Source: an uncultured Alphaproteobacteria bacterium
GTDB taxonomy: Bacteria > Pseudomonadota > Alphaproteobacteria > HIMB59 > GCA-002718135
DNA length: 64,000 nt
Direction of reading: 5' to 3'
Assembly: GCA_902616075.1 (NCBI GenBank)
Contig: CACMRK010000005.1
Location: forward strand, 16,236 to 80,235
Positions within the stretch are counted from its first letter, which is position 1. Every line of letters starts with the position of its first letter. Shown piece after piece: positions 23,005 through 34,029 of this stretch. The notes below the pieces were generated by a model. It was not told where the DNA came from, ran no database searches, and saw only the letters and a list, made by a program, of their open reading frames with translations. Made by a program: the position numbers and the translations under genes.

Positions 23005-23596
23005 CAAATTTTCTTTCAGGTTGTGATGATTTTCTACCAATTTGTGAACCTACTTTTATTGATTTATTATCTTTTAAATCTTGAAGTATTTTTTTAAAAC
23101 TCTCTTCATCTAAATCTTCATAATAATCATCATTGATCTGGACCATAGGAGCATTGCAACATGCACCTAAGCATTCAACTTCAACAACTGTAAATATTTC
23201 ATCATCACTTGTCTCACCAATATTAGTTTCACAAACTTCTTGCGCAACTTTAGACAGTTTATCACTCCCTCTTAACCAACAAGGTGTTGTTCTACAAATT
23301 TGGACAAAATTTTTACCAATAGGTTCTAAATTAAACATAGAATAAAAAGTGGCAACTTCCAACACTCTTATATAAGACATACTTAGCGTTTCAGCTACTT
23401 TTTCCATTGAGTTTTTACTTAGCCATCCATTATTTTGTCTTTGCGCTAAATCAAGTAAAGGGATAACAGCGCTTTGAATACGGTTTGATGGATATTTTTT
23501 TATTATTTCAGAAATTTTTTTAAAATTTTCTGATGACCATTCAAAGTTATCATTAATTTTTTTATATACTTTATTATTTGTACCAGGATGATGCAT
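22997..23596 (-). CDS. nuoE: NADH-quinone oxidoreductase subunit E
   Basis: [21 protein letters not shown]. Confidence 0.96.
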   Translation of the reverse strand: MHHPGTNNKVYKKINDNFEWSSENFKKISEIIKKYPSNRIQSAVIPLLDLAQRQNNGWLSKNSMEKVAETLSMSYIRVLEVATFYSMFNLEPIGKNFVQICRTTPCWLRGSDKLSKVAQEVCETNIGETSDDEIFTVVEVECLGACCNAPMVQINDDYYEDLDEESFKKILQDLKDNKSIKVGSQIGRKSSQPERKFDA

Positions 23597-24774
23597 TATC
23601 TATCTATCTCTCCAAAAACAATATCTAAGCTACCTAATATAGCGGCTATGTCAGCCATTAAGTGGCCTTTAGATAAATGATCCAATGTTTGAAGGTGTGC
23701 AAAACCTGGTGCTCTTATTTTACATCTATATGGTTTACTAGATCCATCAGAAACAAGGTAAACGCCAAATTCACCCTTTGGAGCTTCTACTGCACTATAA
23801 ACTTGACCAGCGGGAACACGGTAACCTTCAGTGAAAAGTTTAAAATGATGAATTAAAGCTTCCATTGATTTTTTCATTTGATTTCTTTTAGGAGGTGTAA
23901 TTTTATTATCCTCAATTGATATTGGACCTGGTTTGATTTTATTTAAACATTGGTTAATAATACTAATGCTTTGTCTCATTTCCTCTATGCGAACCAAATA
24001 TCGATCAAAACAATCACCATTTTTTCCAACAGGAACTTCAAAATCAACTTGATCATAGGCGTCATAAGGTTGAGATCTTCTTAAATCCCATGCTACACCT
24101 GCACTTCTTAATACAGGACCCGAACACCCCCATTCAATTGCTTCTGACTTTGAAATTATTCCTATATCAACTGATCTTTGTCTTAAAATTCTGTTATTAG
24201 TCAGCAAGCTTTCAAGATCATCAATAAATTTTGGAAGAGTTTTAAAATGGTCAAATAATTTTTCATCCATTCCTTCTGGCATATCCTGATGAACGCCACC
24301 AGGTCTAAAATAGGCTGCATGAAATCTTGCCCCAGATACTGCTTCATGAAACTCCAAAAGCTTTTCCCTTTCTTCAAAACACCATAAAAAAGGTGTCACT
24401 GCACCAATGTCAGCAGCATAGGCAGGTATATTTAATAAATGATTTAGTATTCTAGTAATTTCAGCAAAAATAACTCGAATATATTTAGCTCTTTCAGGAA
24501 CATTGATACCTAGGAGATTTTCAGTTGCCAATGCAAAAGCATGTTCTTGACACATTGGTGAAACGTAATCAAGTCTATCAAAATAAGGGACAGCTTGAAG
24601 ATAAGTTTTATATTCAATTAATTTTTCTGTCCCCCTATGTAACAATCCGATGTGTGGTTCTGCTCTTTGAACTACTTCACCTTCAAGCTCAACTACTAAA
24701 CGTAAAACACCATGCGCAGCTGGATGTTGGGGACCAAAGTTAATTGTAGTTGTATTAAGCTCTACTTCTTTCAT
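23596..24774 (-). CDS. nuoD: NADH-quinone oxidoreductase subunit D
   Basis: [30 protein letters not shown]. Confidence 0.97.
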   Translation of the reverse strand: MKEVELNTTTINFGPQHPAAHGVLRLVVELEGEVVQRAEPHIGLLHRGTEKLIEYKTYLQAVPYFDRLDYVSPMCQEHAFALATENLLGINVPERAKYIRVIFAEITRILNHLLNIPAYAADIGAVTPFLWCFEEREKLLEFHEAVSGARFHAAYFRPGGVHQDMPEGMDEKLFDHFKTLPKFIDDLESLLTNNRILRQRSVDIGIISKSEAIEWGCSGPVLRSAGVAWDLRRSQPYDAYDQVDFEVPVGKNGDCFDRYLVRIEEMRQSISIINQCLNKIKPGPISIEDNKITPPKRNQMKKSMEALIHHFKLFTEGYRVPAGQVYSAVEAPKGEFGVYLVSDGSSKPYRCKIRAPGFAHLQTLDHLSKGHLMADIAAILGSLDIVFGEIDR

Positions 24775-25356
24775 TTAATTTTCACCAGTAGATTTCTCAT
24801 CACCAAAAAGTTTGTTTTCCATTCCTTCCCAAGGAGATTCACTATCGAAATTTCTAAATTCTTGAGTTAACTTAACAGGCTCATATATTACTTTTTTTTC
24901 AAGGTCATCGTAGCGAACTTCTGTATGTCCTGTTAAAGGAAAATCTTTGCGCAACGGATAACCTTCAAAATTGTAATCCGTCATTATCCTTCTTAAATCA
25001 GGATGGTTAATAAATTCAATTCCAAATAAATCATAACATTCTCTTTCATACCAATCAGCAGATTTGTGAATATTTGTTATTGATTCTATGTTTTCATTTT
25101 CTTTAATAAAAGTTTTAAGAATAATTTTTTTATTTTTTGTTAAACTTTGCAAAATATAAATCAAATCAAATCTAAATTCTCTTGAAGGATAGTCTACAGC
25201 TGTAATATCTAATAATTGATTAAAATAAAGCTCAGTGTTATCTCTTAATTCGTTAAAAATTTTTATAATATTATTTTTTTCAAATTCTATTTCTAACAAA
25301 TTATTATTCTCTAAAACATTATTTATGCCATCTATTTTAGTTAGAAATTTAATCAT
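24775..25356 (-). CDS. nuoC: NADH-quinone oxidoreductase subunit C
   Basis: WYERECYDLFG, HPDLRRI, PLRKDFPL. Confidence 0.96.
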   Translation of the reverse strand: MIKFLTKIDGINNVLENNNLLEIEFEKNNIIKIFNELRDNTELYFNQLLDITAVDYPSREFRFDLIYILQSLTKNKKIILKTFIKENENIESITNIHKSADWYERECYDLFGIEFINHPDLRRIMTDYNFEGYPLRKDFPLTGHTEVRYDDLEKKVIYEPVKLTQEFRNFDSESPWEGMENKLFGDEKSTGEN

Positions 25357-25362
25357 ATAAAA

Positions 25363-25875
25363 TTATCTTTTAAATTTATTTTCTCTTCTAATTTTTTTTT
25401 GTAATTGCAATATACCGTAAACTAATGCTTCTGCTGTTGGGGGACATCCTGGTACGTAAACATCAACGGGAACTATCCTATCGCACCCTCTAACTACTGA
25501 ATACGAGTAGTGATAATATCCACCACCATTTGCACATGAACCCATTGATATTACCCAACGAGGTTCAGGCATTTGATCATAAACTTTTCTTAAAGCCGGT
25601 GCCATTTTATTTGTTAGTGTTCCAGCAACAATCATTACATCCGATTGTCTAGGGCTACCTCTTGGGATTACCCCATAACGATCTAGATCATATCTTGCCA
25701 TATAAGAATGTATCATTTCTACTCCACAACATGCCAATCCGAATGTCATTGGCCATAAGGAACCAGTTCTAGCCCAAGTAAGAACTTTATCATAACTAGC
25801 AACTAAGAAACCTTTAGAGGATAATTCTGTGTTTAGAGTATCATCAACAATTTTTTTTGCTTTATCTACTCCCAT
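25363..25875 (-). CDS. nuoB: NADH-quinone oxidoreductase subunit B
   Basis: [21 protein letters not shown]; start moved to ATG at 25875. Confidence 0.97.
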   Translation of the reverse strand: MGVDKAKKIVDDTLNTELSSKGFLVASYDKVLTWARTGSLWPMTFGLACCGVEMIHSYMARYDLDRYGVIPRGSPRQSDVMIVAGTLTNKMAPALRKVYDQMPEPRWVISMGSCANGGGYYHYSYSVVRGCDRIVPVDVYVPGCPPTAEALVYGILQLQKKIRRENKFKR

Positions 25876-26231
25876 TCTAAAGCTCCTTTTTTCCATTCAT
25901 AAATAAAACCAATAGTTAAAACAGTCAGGAAAATCATCATTGACCAAAAACCAAACAATCCAATTTTACCAAGTGTTATTGCCCACGGAAACAAGAAAGC
26001 AACTTCCAAATCAAAGATAATAAATAAGATTGCTACTAAATAAAATCTAACGTCAAATCTTCCACGAGCATCGTCAAAAGCCTCAAATCCACACTCATAA
26101 GCAGACAATTTTTCTTGATCTGGCTGAGAGTCTCCAACTACAAAAGATAATAAAGTCATTCCAACAGCCAATGCTAAAGCTATGAAAATAAAAATTAATA
26201 TTGGTAAATATTCAAATAGAAACTCTGACAC
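25866..26231 (-). CDS. nuoA: NADH-quinone oxidoreductase subunit A
   Basis: [26 protein letters not shown]. Confidence 0.96.
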   Translation of the reverse strand: MSEFLFEYLPILIFIFIALALAVGMTLLSFVVGDSQPDQEKLSAYECGFEAFDDARGRFDVRFYLVAILFIIFDLEVAFLFPWAITLGKIGLFGFWSMMIFLTVLTIGFIYEWKKGALEWE

Positions 26232-26330
26232 TATAATCTCACAATTAAATTAGTAATGTATTTAACGATTTATTCAATAATAACAATGTGTCTCGTTGCG
26301 ACTTTAGTACACAAAAAACACTGAAATAAG

Positions 26331-26407
26331 TGGCGCGAGAGACGGGATTCGAACCCGCGGCCTCTGCCGTGACAGGGCAGCGTTCTAACCAGCTGAACTA
26401 CTCCCGC
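26331..26407 (-). tRNA. tRNA-Asp(GTC)
   Basis: GCGGGAGTAGTTCAG...CT-GTC-AC...GGTTCGAATCC...CTCTCGC-G-CCA; 77-nt cloverleaf. Confidence 0.96.
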
Positions 26408-26410
26408 GCA

Positions 26411-26486
26411 TGGTGGGTGTTGAGAGACTTGAACTCCCGACCCTCTCGGTGTAAACGAGATGCTCTACCAACTGAGCTAAACACCC
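26411..26486 (-). tRNA. tRNA-Val(TAC)
   Basis: GGGTGTTTAGCTCAG...TT-TAC-AC...GTTCAAGTC...AACACCC-A-CCA; 76 nt. Confidence 0.96.
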
Positions 26487-26490
26487 AAAT

Positions 26491-26521
26491 AAAAACGGCT
26501 GTTAAATTTATTTAACAGCCG
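26491..26521 (-). terminator. intrinsic terminator after hup
   Basis: perfect 11-bp stem CGGCTGTTAAA/TTTAACAGCCG followed by TTTTT on the minus strand. Confidence 0.7.
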
Positions 26522-26539
26522 GTGCAAGAAAAAAAATAA

Positions 26540-26815
26540 TTAATTGTTTACTGAGTCTTTTAAAGCTTTTCCTACAGTAAATTTTGGTCTTTTAGATGCT
26601 GGTATTTGAATTGATTCTCCTGTTCTAGGATTTCTACCAGTAGTTGCTTTTCTGTGGCTTACACTAAAATTACCAAATCCTACAATACTAACCTTTTCAT
26701 CTCTTTTTAAAGCATTAGTAATTGCATCTAGAAAGCTCTCAATTGCTCTAGTTGCGTCAGATTTTGATAGTCCTGCTGATGATGCTACAGATGCGATAAG
26801 ATCATTTTTGTTCAC
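26540..26815 (-). CDS. hup: DNA-binding protein HU
   Basis: MNKNDLI, GFGNF, GRNPRTGE; AAGGAG RBS with GTG start. Confidence 0.96.
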   Translation of the reverse strand: MNKNDLIASVASSAGLSKSDATRAIESFLDAITNALKRDEKVSIVGFGNFSVSHRKATTGRNPRTGESIQIPASKRPKFTVGKALKDSVNN

Positions 26816-26951
26816 TTTTAATCTCCTTTATTAAATTTAATTAATAATTGTCTGTTTTCCAAACAAGTCAACATTATTATGAAAATTTTCCCGGAAATAA
26901 GGGAAATTATCACTTAATTGGCTAAATAGCTGAATTTTTTATTTTTAAATA

Positions 26952-29318
26952 TTAATGTGTACTTGTAGTGTTTTGATTATTTTTTAATTGAGATTCGCTT
27001 AAATTTAGTGGCAAAACAGCTTTTGTTAAAGAGTGTTCAAGAATTGAAAATGCATCGGAGACTGGGACAATCTTGATACCCTTTATAACCTCCTTATCAA
27101 ATTCAGATACCTCTCTAAAATTTTCTTGAGGTATCAGAACTTTTTTTATACCTGCCCTTCCAGCAGCATATATTTTTTCTTTTAAGCCTCCAATTGGAAG
27201 GACTCGGCCTCTGAGTGTAATTTCGCCAGTCATTGCAACATCTCTTCTTATTTTATTGTTTGTTAAGGAGGATACTAGAGAATTAAATATAGCAATGCCT
27301 GCACTTGGGCCATCTTTTGGCGTAGCTCCCTCAGGTACATGTATATGAATATCATAATTTTCAAAATCTTTGGGATTTATTCCTAAACTAATAGATTTTG
27401 ACTTTACATAAGAAGTAGCTGCTTGAATAGATTCTCTCATTACCTCGCCTAATTTACCAGTTATAGTTAGCTTCCCTTTACCTATAGACAAAATAACCTC
27501 AACAGATAAAATTTCACCACCTACTTCAGTCCAAGCCAAACCATTTGTGACTCCAACCAAATTCTTTTTTTCTATTTCACTTGATCTAAATTTTGCAATA
27601 CCAAGAAGATCTTGTAAAGACTTATCATCTAGTTTAACCTTTTTCATCCTAGTAGTTTCTAATTTTTTTACAGTTTTTCTGCAAACTTTAGAAATTTCTT
27701 TTTCAAGATTTCTTACCCCAGCTTCTCTAGTATAATTTCTAATTATGGAATTTAAAACTTTTGAATTGAATGAAACTTCAGATTTCTTAATACCATGATT
27801 TTTTATCTGTTTTGGCACTAAGTATCTTTTTGCTATTTGGTTTTTCTCTTTTTCTGTATATCCTGGAATTCTTATAACTTCCATTCTATCAAGAAGAGCT
27901 GGAGGAATGTTAAGAGTATTTGCAGTACATACAAACATAACATCTGAAAGATCATAATCAAGTTCTAAATAATGATCATTAAACTTACTATTTTGTTCTG
28001 GATCTAGAACCTCTAAAAGTGCAGAAGATGGATCTCCTCTCCAATCAGAACCAAGCTTATCAATTTCATCTAATAAAATTAAGGGATTGGATGATTTAGA
28101 TTTTTTCATCGCTTGAATAAACCTACCGGGCATAGACCCAATGTATGTCTTTCTGTGACCCCTGATTTCAGCCTCATCTCTAACACCTCCAAGAGACATT
28201 CTCACAAAGCTTCTTCCTGTTGAATTTGCTATGGATTTGCCAAGAGAGGTTTTTCCAACACCAGGTGGCCCCACTAAACATAAAATAGGACCTTTAAGTT
28301 TATTGGTCCTTTTTTGTACTGCAAGATATTCAAGAATTCTTTCTTTAACTTTTTCTAAACCATAGTGATCGTTTTCTAAAATTTTTGTTGCTTTATTAAT
28401 ATTTTGAGAAATTTGATCAGGATTATTCCATGGTATAGACATGACCCAATCTAAATAATTTCTTATTACAGTTGCCTCAGCTGACATTGGACTCATATTT
28501 TTAAGTTTTTTAATTTCAGATGTACATTTCTCTTTAGCTTCTTTAGATAAATTGAATTGATGAATTTTTTTCTCTAGCTCGGCAATTTCATCAAGGTCTT
28601 CGTTTTCTCCTAATTCTTTTTGAATTGCTTTCATTTGCTCATTTAAATAATATTCTTTCTGTGTCTTCTCCATTTGTCTTTTTACACGACCCTTTATTTT
28701 TTTCTCTACTTGAAATGAATCTATTTCAGAAACTAAATATCCATATATTTTATTAAGCCTGTCTTCTGTATTTATAATTTCTAGCATTTCTTGTTTTTGA
28801 TGAAGAGTAATTGAAATATTAGATACTATTATATCAATTATCTTATCAGGATCATTTAATGTTTTAACATTGTTAATAACATCTAGTGAGACTTTCTTAT
28901 TAATTTTTTGAAATTCAACAAATTGCTCTATAATGAGTTTTTGTAAAGCTTTTATATTTGTATTTTTTTTTGTTTTTTGTTTAACTTCTATAATTGATGC
29001 TACAATAAAATCCTTATTAAAATTTATTTTATTAACTTTAGCTCTTTGTATACCTTCAACTAAAACCTTAAGAGTTCCATCTGGAAGTTTCAATAATTGA
29101 ATAATTTTTGCTATAGTACCAAAAGAATAAAGGTTTTCCTTATTAGGATTATCAATTTTAGAATTTTTTTGAGATAGTAAAAAGATTTTTTTGTCACCTG
29201 CCATCACATGGTTAAGAGCATTAACCGATTGCTCTCTTCCGACAAATAGTGGGGCAACCATGTTAGGAAAAACGACAATGTCTCTTAATGGAAGGACTGG
29301 AATAAAATTCTTATTCAT
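26952..29318 (-). CDS. lon: Lon protease
   Basis: PVLPLRDIVVFP, GPPGVGKTS, PKDGPSAG. Confidence 0.98.
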   Translation of the reverse strand: MNKNFIPVLPLRDIVVFPNMVAPLFVGREQSVNALNHVMAGDKKIFLLSQKNSKIDNPNKENLYSFGTIAKIIQLLKLPDGTLKVLVEGIQRAKVNKINFNKDFIVASIIEVKQKTKKNTNIKALQKLIIEQFVEFQKINKKVSLDVINNVKTLNDPDKIIDIIVSNISITLHQKQEMLEIINTEDRLNKIYGYLVSEIDSFQVEKKIKGRVKRQMEKTQKEYYLNEQMKAIQKELGENEDLDEIAELEKKIHQFNLSKEAKEKCTSEIKKLKNMSPMSAEATVIRNYLDWVMSIPWNNPDQISQNINKATKILENDHYGLEKVKERILEYLAVQKRTNKLKGPILCLVGPPGVGKTSLGKSIANSTGRSFVRMSLGGVRDEAEIRGHRKTYIGSMPGRFIQAMKKSKSSNPLILLDEIDKLGSDWRGDPSSALLEVLDPEQNSKFNDHYLELDYDLSDVMFVCTANTLNIPPALLDRMEVIRIPGYTEKEKNQIAKRYLVPKQIKNHGIKKSEVSFNSKVLNSIIRNYTREAGVRNLEKEISKVCRKTVKKLETTRMKKVKLDDKSLQDLLGIAKFRSSEIEKKNLVGVTNGLAWTEVGGEILSVEVILSIGKGKLTITGKLGEVMRESIQAATSYVKSKSISLGINPKDFENYDIHIHVPEGATPKDGPSAGIAIFNSLVSSLTNNKIRRDVAMTGEITLRGRVLPIGGLKEKIYAAGRAGIKKVLIPQENFREVSEFDKEVIKGIKIVPVSDAFSILEHSLTKAVLPLNLSESQLKNNQNTTSTH

Positions 29319-29348
29319 AGTATATAAATGTCTATATATTAATTAAAA

Positions 29349-30614
29349 TCAAGAGTTGTTTGACATTAATTTTTGAGTGTTATCCTTATTTGAATAAATT
29401 AAAATTGGATCAGATTTTTTTGAAATTACATCTTTATTTATAACAACTTTATATAAATCTTTTTGATCTGGAACTTTATACATAAGGTCCATTAATGAAT
29501 CTTCAATTATTGACCTTAGACCTCTAGCTCCAGTATTTTGAGAAACTGCTAACTTTGCAATTTCCGTCAATGCGTCATCTTTAATTTCTAATTTAACTCC
29601 ATCCATTTTCATTAGAGTTTCAAATTGTTTAACAATAGCATTTTTTGGCTGAGTCATTATTTTAATTAACATTTCTTCGTCTAATTCACTCAAAGTAGTA
29701 ATTACAGGAAGCCTGCCAATAAATTCTGGGATCATTCCAAATTTAAGTAAGTCTTGATTTTCTAATTTTTTAAGTGAAGCACCGACAGTTTTCTTTGGCT
29801 CTAAATCTAATTTAGAGTTAAATCCTATTGCGGTTCCTTTTAATCTATAATTAATAATTTCTTCTAAACCTGAAAAGGCTCCTCCACATATGAAAAGTAT
29901 ATTTGAAGTATCTACTTGTAAAAATTCTTGCTGAGGGTGTTTTCTTCCTCCTTGGGGTGGAACGCTAGCAATAGTTCCTTCCATAATTTTAAGAAGTGCT
30001 TGTTGAACACCTTCTCCAGAAACATCTCTTGTTATAGAGGGGTTATCACTTTTCCTTCCAATTTTATCAATTTCATCAATGTAAACTATGCCCTTTTGAG
30101 CTCTTTCTACATTATAATCAGACGCTTGTAGTAATTTAAGAATTATATTTTCTACATCTTCTCCTACATACCCTGCTTCAGTTAAACTCGTAGCATCAGC
30201 AACTGTAAATGGAACATCTAATATTTTTGCTAAAGTTTGTGCAAGTAATGTTTTGCCAGTACCTGTTGGACCTACTAAAAGAATATTTGATTTTGAAATT
30301 TCAATGTTATCATTATCTAAGCTGGATGAGAGTCTTTTATAGTGATTATAAACAGCTACTGAAAGTATTTTTTTTGAATCTTTCTGACCTATTACGTAAT
30401 CATTCAAAAATTTATTAATCTCTGAAGGTTTTGGTATATCCTTTTTGATCTTAAATTTATTATTTTTATTATCCTCTTTGATAATATCCATGCATAACTC
30501 AACACATTCATCACATACAAAAACCGTTGGGCCAGCAATTAATTTTTTTACCTCTTTCTGATTTTTTCCACAAAAAGAGCAAAATAATGAATCTTTATCA
30601 TTTTTTTTATTCAT
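29349..30614 (-). CDS. clpX: ClpX ATPase
   Basis: CSFCGK..CDEC zinc finger, [22 protein letters not shown]. Confidence 0.98.
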   Translation of the reverse strand: MNKKNDKDSLFCSFCGKNQKEVKKLIAGPTVFVCDECVELCMDIIKEDNKNNKFKIKKDIPKPSEINKFLNDYVIGQKDSKKILSVAVYNHYKRLSSSLDNDNIEISKSNILLVGPTGTGKTLLAQTLAKILDVPFTVADATSLTEAGYVGEDVENIILKLLQASDYNVERAQKGIVYIDEIDKIGRKSDNPSITRDVSGEGVQQALLKIMEGTIASVPPQGGRKHPQQEFLQVDTSNILFICGGAFSGLEEIINYRLKGTAIGFNSKLDLEPKKTVGASLKKLENQDLLKFGMIPEFIGRLPVITTLSELDEEMLIKIMTQPKNAIVKQFETLMKMDGVKLEIKDDALTEIAKLAVSQNTGARGLRSIIEDSLMDLMYKVPDQKDLYKVVINKDVISKKSDPILIYSNKDNTQKLMSNNS

Positions 30615-31225
30615 TACTTCCTCCCCTTAACAACTTTATCTATTAAACCAAATTTTATAGCTTCATCAGCAGAGAAATACTTATCTCTTTCCATGATACT
30701 GGAAATCTCTGATATTTTTTTTCCTGTATGTTTTGAATAAATTTCATTTAATTTTAACTTTGCTCTCTTTATTTCATTAGTTTGAATTTCAATATCAGTT
30801 ACTTGACCTTGATAACCTCCACTAGGTTGGTGAACCATAATTCGAGAATTAGGTAACGAGAATCTCATACCTTTTTCACCAGCTGTCAAAAGAAGTGAAC
30901 CAGCAGAAGCAGCTTGACCTATGCAGATAGTCATAATTTTAGAGGAAACATATTGCATAGTATCATAAATGGCTAATCCGGACCATACGATACCACCGGG
31001 TGAATTAATGTAAAAAGAAATTTCTTTTTTTGGATTTTCTGACTCTAGAAATAAAATTTGAGCACAAATTAAACTAGCAACATTATCATCGATAGGCCCT
31101 GTGAGAAAAATGATTCTTTCTTTTAACAGTCTTGAATAGATGTCATAAGATCTTTCACCTCTTGAAGATTGCTCAACAACCATTGGAATAAGATTATTAG
31201 TAATATTATCTATTGGATCTTTCAT
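30614..31225 (-). CDS. clpP: ClpP protease
   Basis: [29 protein letters not shown]. Confidence 0.98.
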   Translation of the reverse strand: MKDPIDNITNNLIPMVVEQSSRGERSYDIYSRLLKERIIFLTGPIDDNVASLICAQILFLESENPKKEISFYINSPGGIVWSGLAIYDTMQYVSSKIMTICIGQAASAGSLLLTAGEKGMRFSLPNSRIMVHQPSGGYQGQVTDIEIQTNEIKRAKLKLNEIYSKHTGKKISEISSIMERDKYFSADEAIKFGLIDKVVKGRK

Positions 31226-32574
31226 TTTTTTGTATCTTTAATATCAAATGTTTTAACTTCAAGTTTTTTATATTCATCTTCATTTAATTTTATAATATTT
31301 GTCTTCGATTTGGAAATAATTGAATCAATTACTTTTTGTTCGATTAGAGGTGCTCGAATCGTATCAAGTGATGATGGATTTTTTTCAAAATATTCCATAA
31401 TCTGCTTTTCTTGACCAGGGTATTGCCTAGTATATTCTAATATCCCATTGTTAATTTCATCTTCAGATACAACAACTTTTTCTTCTGAAGCTATATGTTG
31501 CATTAATAAACCAAGCTTAACCCTTCTTTCTGAAATTTTTTTATATCTTTTTTTAAGTTCATCTTCTTTTAATAGCTTATCATCTTCATCTAAACTACCT
31601 TCTTTTTTAGCTTGCTCTAAACGATTCCATATTTGATTAAAATCGTCTTCGAGTACGCCATCAGGTAATTCAAATTTATAATTATTATCTAAAAGATCCA
31701 TTAATTCTTTTTTTTCTATTTGTTTTATACCTTGCTCATATTGAGTTTTCATATTACTTACTAAGAAATCCTTAAGATCTTTTTCTGTTTTGAAGCCATT
31801 CTTATCTAAAAACTCTTTTGTAAGTTCAAATTTAATTTTTTCTTCAATTGAAATAATTTCAAAATGAAAAGTCGTTTTTTTAAATTTATCATCTTTAAGA
31901 ATTTTAGATAAGTTAATTTTAAATTGAATTTTATCTCCAACTTTTACTTTTCTTTCTATCAATTCTTTATTTAAACCTGGAAGTATTGCATCCTCAAAAC
32001 CCAAATCAACGGGAAAATTTTTTTGAGATTTTAAATATTCTGGAAGATCTTCTTGAGAGGATTCAAAATTAACAATAACCTTGTCAGAATTTTTAACTTG
32101 TCTTGAACTTTCAATTTTTTTAAAATTTTTTTGCGAGTCAATAAAATTCTTAAATTGATTTTCTTCTGCTTTTTTACCTAATTCAATTTCATACTTATTA
32201 ATTTTAAGATCTTTAAAATCTTTGAGTTTAATTTCAGGTTTTAAATCAAATTTTAGATTAATATTTAATGGTTTATTTTTTTCATACTTACTAAGCTCAA
32301 CTTTAGGAGCTCTAAAAAGAGTAAACTTTTTTTCATCAATTAATTTTTTTGTATTTTTATCTATTACTTTTTGAATTACTTCATTTAAGACATTATCTTC
32401 ATATTTTTTTTTAACAATATTTAATGGAGCTTTTCCTTTTCTGAAACCAGGAATATTTACAGTAGGTAGTATTTGATTTATTTTATTATCTACTTCGATA
32501 TCAATTTCTTCATAAGGAATTTCTAATGAGTATTCTTTATACAGCTTTTTAGATTTTAATTCTTTTGCATTCAT
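31222..32574 (-). CDS. tig: trigger factor
   Basis: [10 protein letters not shown] ribosome-binding motif, ERRVKLGL; upstream of clpP. Confidence 0.93.
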   Translation of the reverse strand: MNAKELKSKKLYKEYSLEIPYEEIDIEVDNKINQILPTVNIPGFRKGKAPLNIVKKKYEDNVLNEVIQKVIDKNTKKLIDEKKFTLFRAPKVELSKYEKNKPLNINLKFDLKPEIKLKDFKDLKINKYEIELGKKAEENQFKNFIDSQKNFKKIESSRQVKNSDKVIVNFESSQEDLPEYLKSQKNFPVDLGFEDAILPGLNKELIERKVKVGDKIQFKINLSKILKDDKFKKTTFHFEIISIEEKIKFELTKEFLDKNGFKTEKDLKDFLVSNMKTQYEQGIKQIEKKELMDLLDNNYKFELPDGVLEDDFNQIWNRLEQAKKEGSLDEDDKLLKEDELKKRYKKISERRVKLGLLMQHIASEEKVVVSEDEINNGILEYTRQYPGQEKQIMEYFEKNPSSLDTIRAPLIEQKVIDSIISKSKTNIIKLNEDEYKKLEVKTFDIKDTKK

Positions 32575-32590
32575 AATTTTTCAAACCTAG

Positions 32591-32675
32591 TGGTAGGCCG
32601 GAAAGGACTTGAACCTTCACACCTTTCGGCACTAGAACCTAAATCTAGCGTGTCTACCAATTCCACCACCGGCCC
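32591..32675 (-). tRNA. tRNA-Leu(TAG)
   Basis: GGGCCGGTGGTGGAATTGGTAGACAC...CTAGA-TTTAGGT-TCTAG, long variable arm, ends CCGGCCT-A-CCA; 85 nt. Confidence 0.96.
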
Positions 32676-32741
32676 TATTATTATTAGCCTTTTATGTACT
32701 ATAAATTAAAAAACAATAGAGAAAATTGATTAAATTTAAAT

Positions 32742-32819
32742 TGGGGCGAACGATGGGATTCGAACCCACGGCATCAGGCACCACAAGCCTGCGCTCTAAC
32801 CAACTGAGCTACGTTCGCC
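32742..32819 (-). tRNA. tRNA-His(GTG) with encoded G-1 and C73
   Basis: G-GCGAACG TAGCTCAG...TT-GTG-GT...GGTTCGAATCC...CGTTCGC-C-CCA. Confidence 0.96.
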
Positions 32820-32871
32820 ATATATCTCAATTAAAAGTTTAATTTTTATATTAAATCGCTATATCAAAAAT

Positions 32872-34029
32872 ATGAAAGTTTCAAAAAGAATATTTAATTT
32901 AGAAACAGAAACAGCATTTTCTATTCTTGCTAAAGCCAACGAACTTTCAGCTAAAGGCAAAGATATTATTAATTTAGGAATAGGACAACCTGACTTTCCA
33001 ACACCAATAAATATTCAGGAAGCTGCTATTAAAGCAATCAAAGATGGCTATCATGGATATACTCCATCAAATGGAATTCCTGAATTAAGAGAGTCAATTT
33101 CAGAATATGTATTAAGTAAATACAAAGCAAATATAAACCCAGAGAATATTTTAATAACCCCAGGAGGTAAACCGGTAATTTTCATTTCAGCATTATTACT
33201 AGGTAGTGAAGATAGGGAAATAATTTTTCCTGATCCAGGATTTCCAATTTATAGATCTATGATTAAATATAGTGGAGCAAAACCTGTGCCATTAAAACTT
33301 TCAGAAAAAGATAATTTTGAAATTAACATAGAAAAACTTAAAGAATTAATTTCAGATAAAACAAGCTTGATAATAATAAATAATCCAAACAATCCAACAG
33401 GATCATTTATGGACAAAAAAAAGATTAATGATCTTGTCAATTTATTAGAACAATACCCAAACATCTCCATCTTAAGCGATGAAATTTATAGCAATATTAT
33501 TTTTAATAATGAACAAATGCCATCTTTTTTAGAATACGAAAGTATAAAAAATAGATTGATAGTTCTAGAGGGATGGAGCAAAACATATTGCATGACAGGA
33601 TGGAGATTAGGATGGAGTATATGGCCAGATACTTTAATCGAACATGCAAATAAAATATGTGTTAATTACAATTCATGCGCTACCTCTATTTCACAGTATG
33701 CTGGCCTGGAAGCAATAAATGGCTCACAAAAAGAAATAACAAAAATTGTTGGTGAATTTCAAAAGAGAAAAGAATATGTTTTCAGTGAATTGAATAAATT
33801 AGATAAAATATCATGTTTTGAGCCAGGCGGTGCTTTCTATGCTTTTCCAAATATTAAAAAAACTGGATTAAGTGGAAATAAATTTTCGGAAGTAGCTCTT
33901 GAAGAAAAAGGTGTTGCTTTAGTTCCAGGGTCAAGTTTTGGTGACAATGCGAATGAATTTGTGAGAATAAGTTTTGCTAATTCTATAGAAAACATTAAAG
34001 AAGCAATTGAGAGATTATCTACAATATGA
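32872..34029 (+). CDS. PLP-dependent aminotransferase class I/II (aspartate aminotransferase-like)
   Basis: IGQPDF, NNPNNPTG, SDEIY, SKTYCMTGWRLG. Confidence 0.92.
   Translation: MKVSKRIFNLETETAFSILAKANELSAKGKDIINLGIGQPDFPTPINIQEAAIKAIKDGYHGYTPSNGIPELRESISEYVLSKYKANINPENILITPGGKPVIFISALLLGSEDREIIFPDPGFPIYRSMIKYSGAKPVPLKLSEKDNFEINIEKLKELISDKTSLIIINNPNNPTGSFMDKKKINDLVNLLEQYPNISILSDEIYSNIIFNNEQMPSFLEYESIKNRLIVLEGWSKTYCMTGWRLGWSIWPDTLIEHANKICVNYNSCATSISQYAGLEAINGSQKEITKIVGEFQKRKEYVFSELNKLDKISCFEPGGAFYAFPNIKKTGLSGNKFSEVALEEKGVALVPGSSFGDNANEFVRISFANSIENIKEAIERLSTI

Noticed and set aside
12456-26231. nuo operon checked for fusions, insertions or frameshifts
   Set aside because: All 14 subunits are present in canonical order with normal lengths; apparent long overlaps vanish when internal ATG starts are used
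26330-26515. 61-aa plus-strand ORF (MARETGFEPAASAVTG...)
   Set aside because: Antisense translation of tRNA-Asp and tRNA-Val, a classic artefact
26501-26516. TTAA...TTAA as a CtrA box
   Set aside because: Spacing is 6 rather than 7, it lies in a terminator palindrome, and TTAA is ubiquitous in this AT-rich DNA
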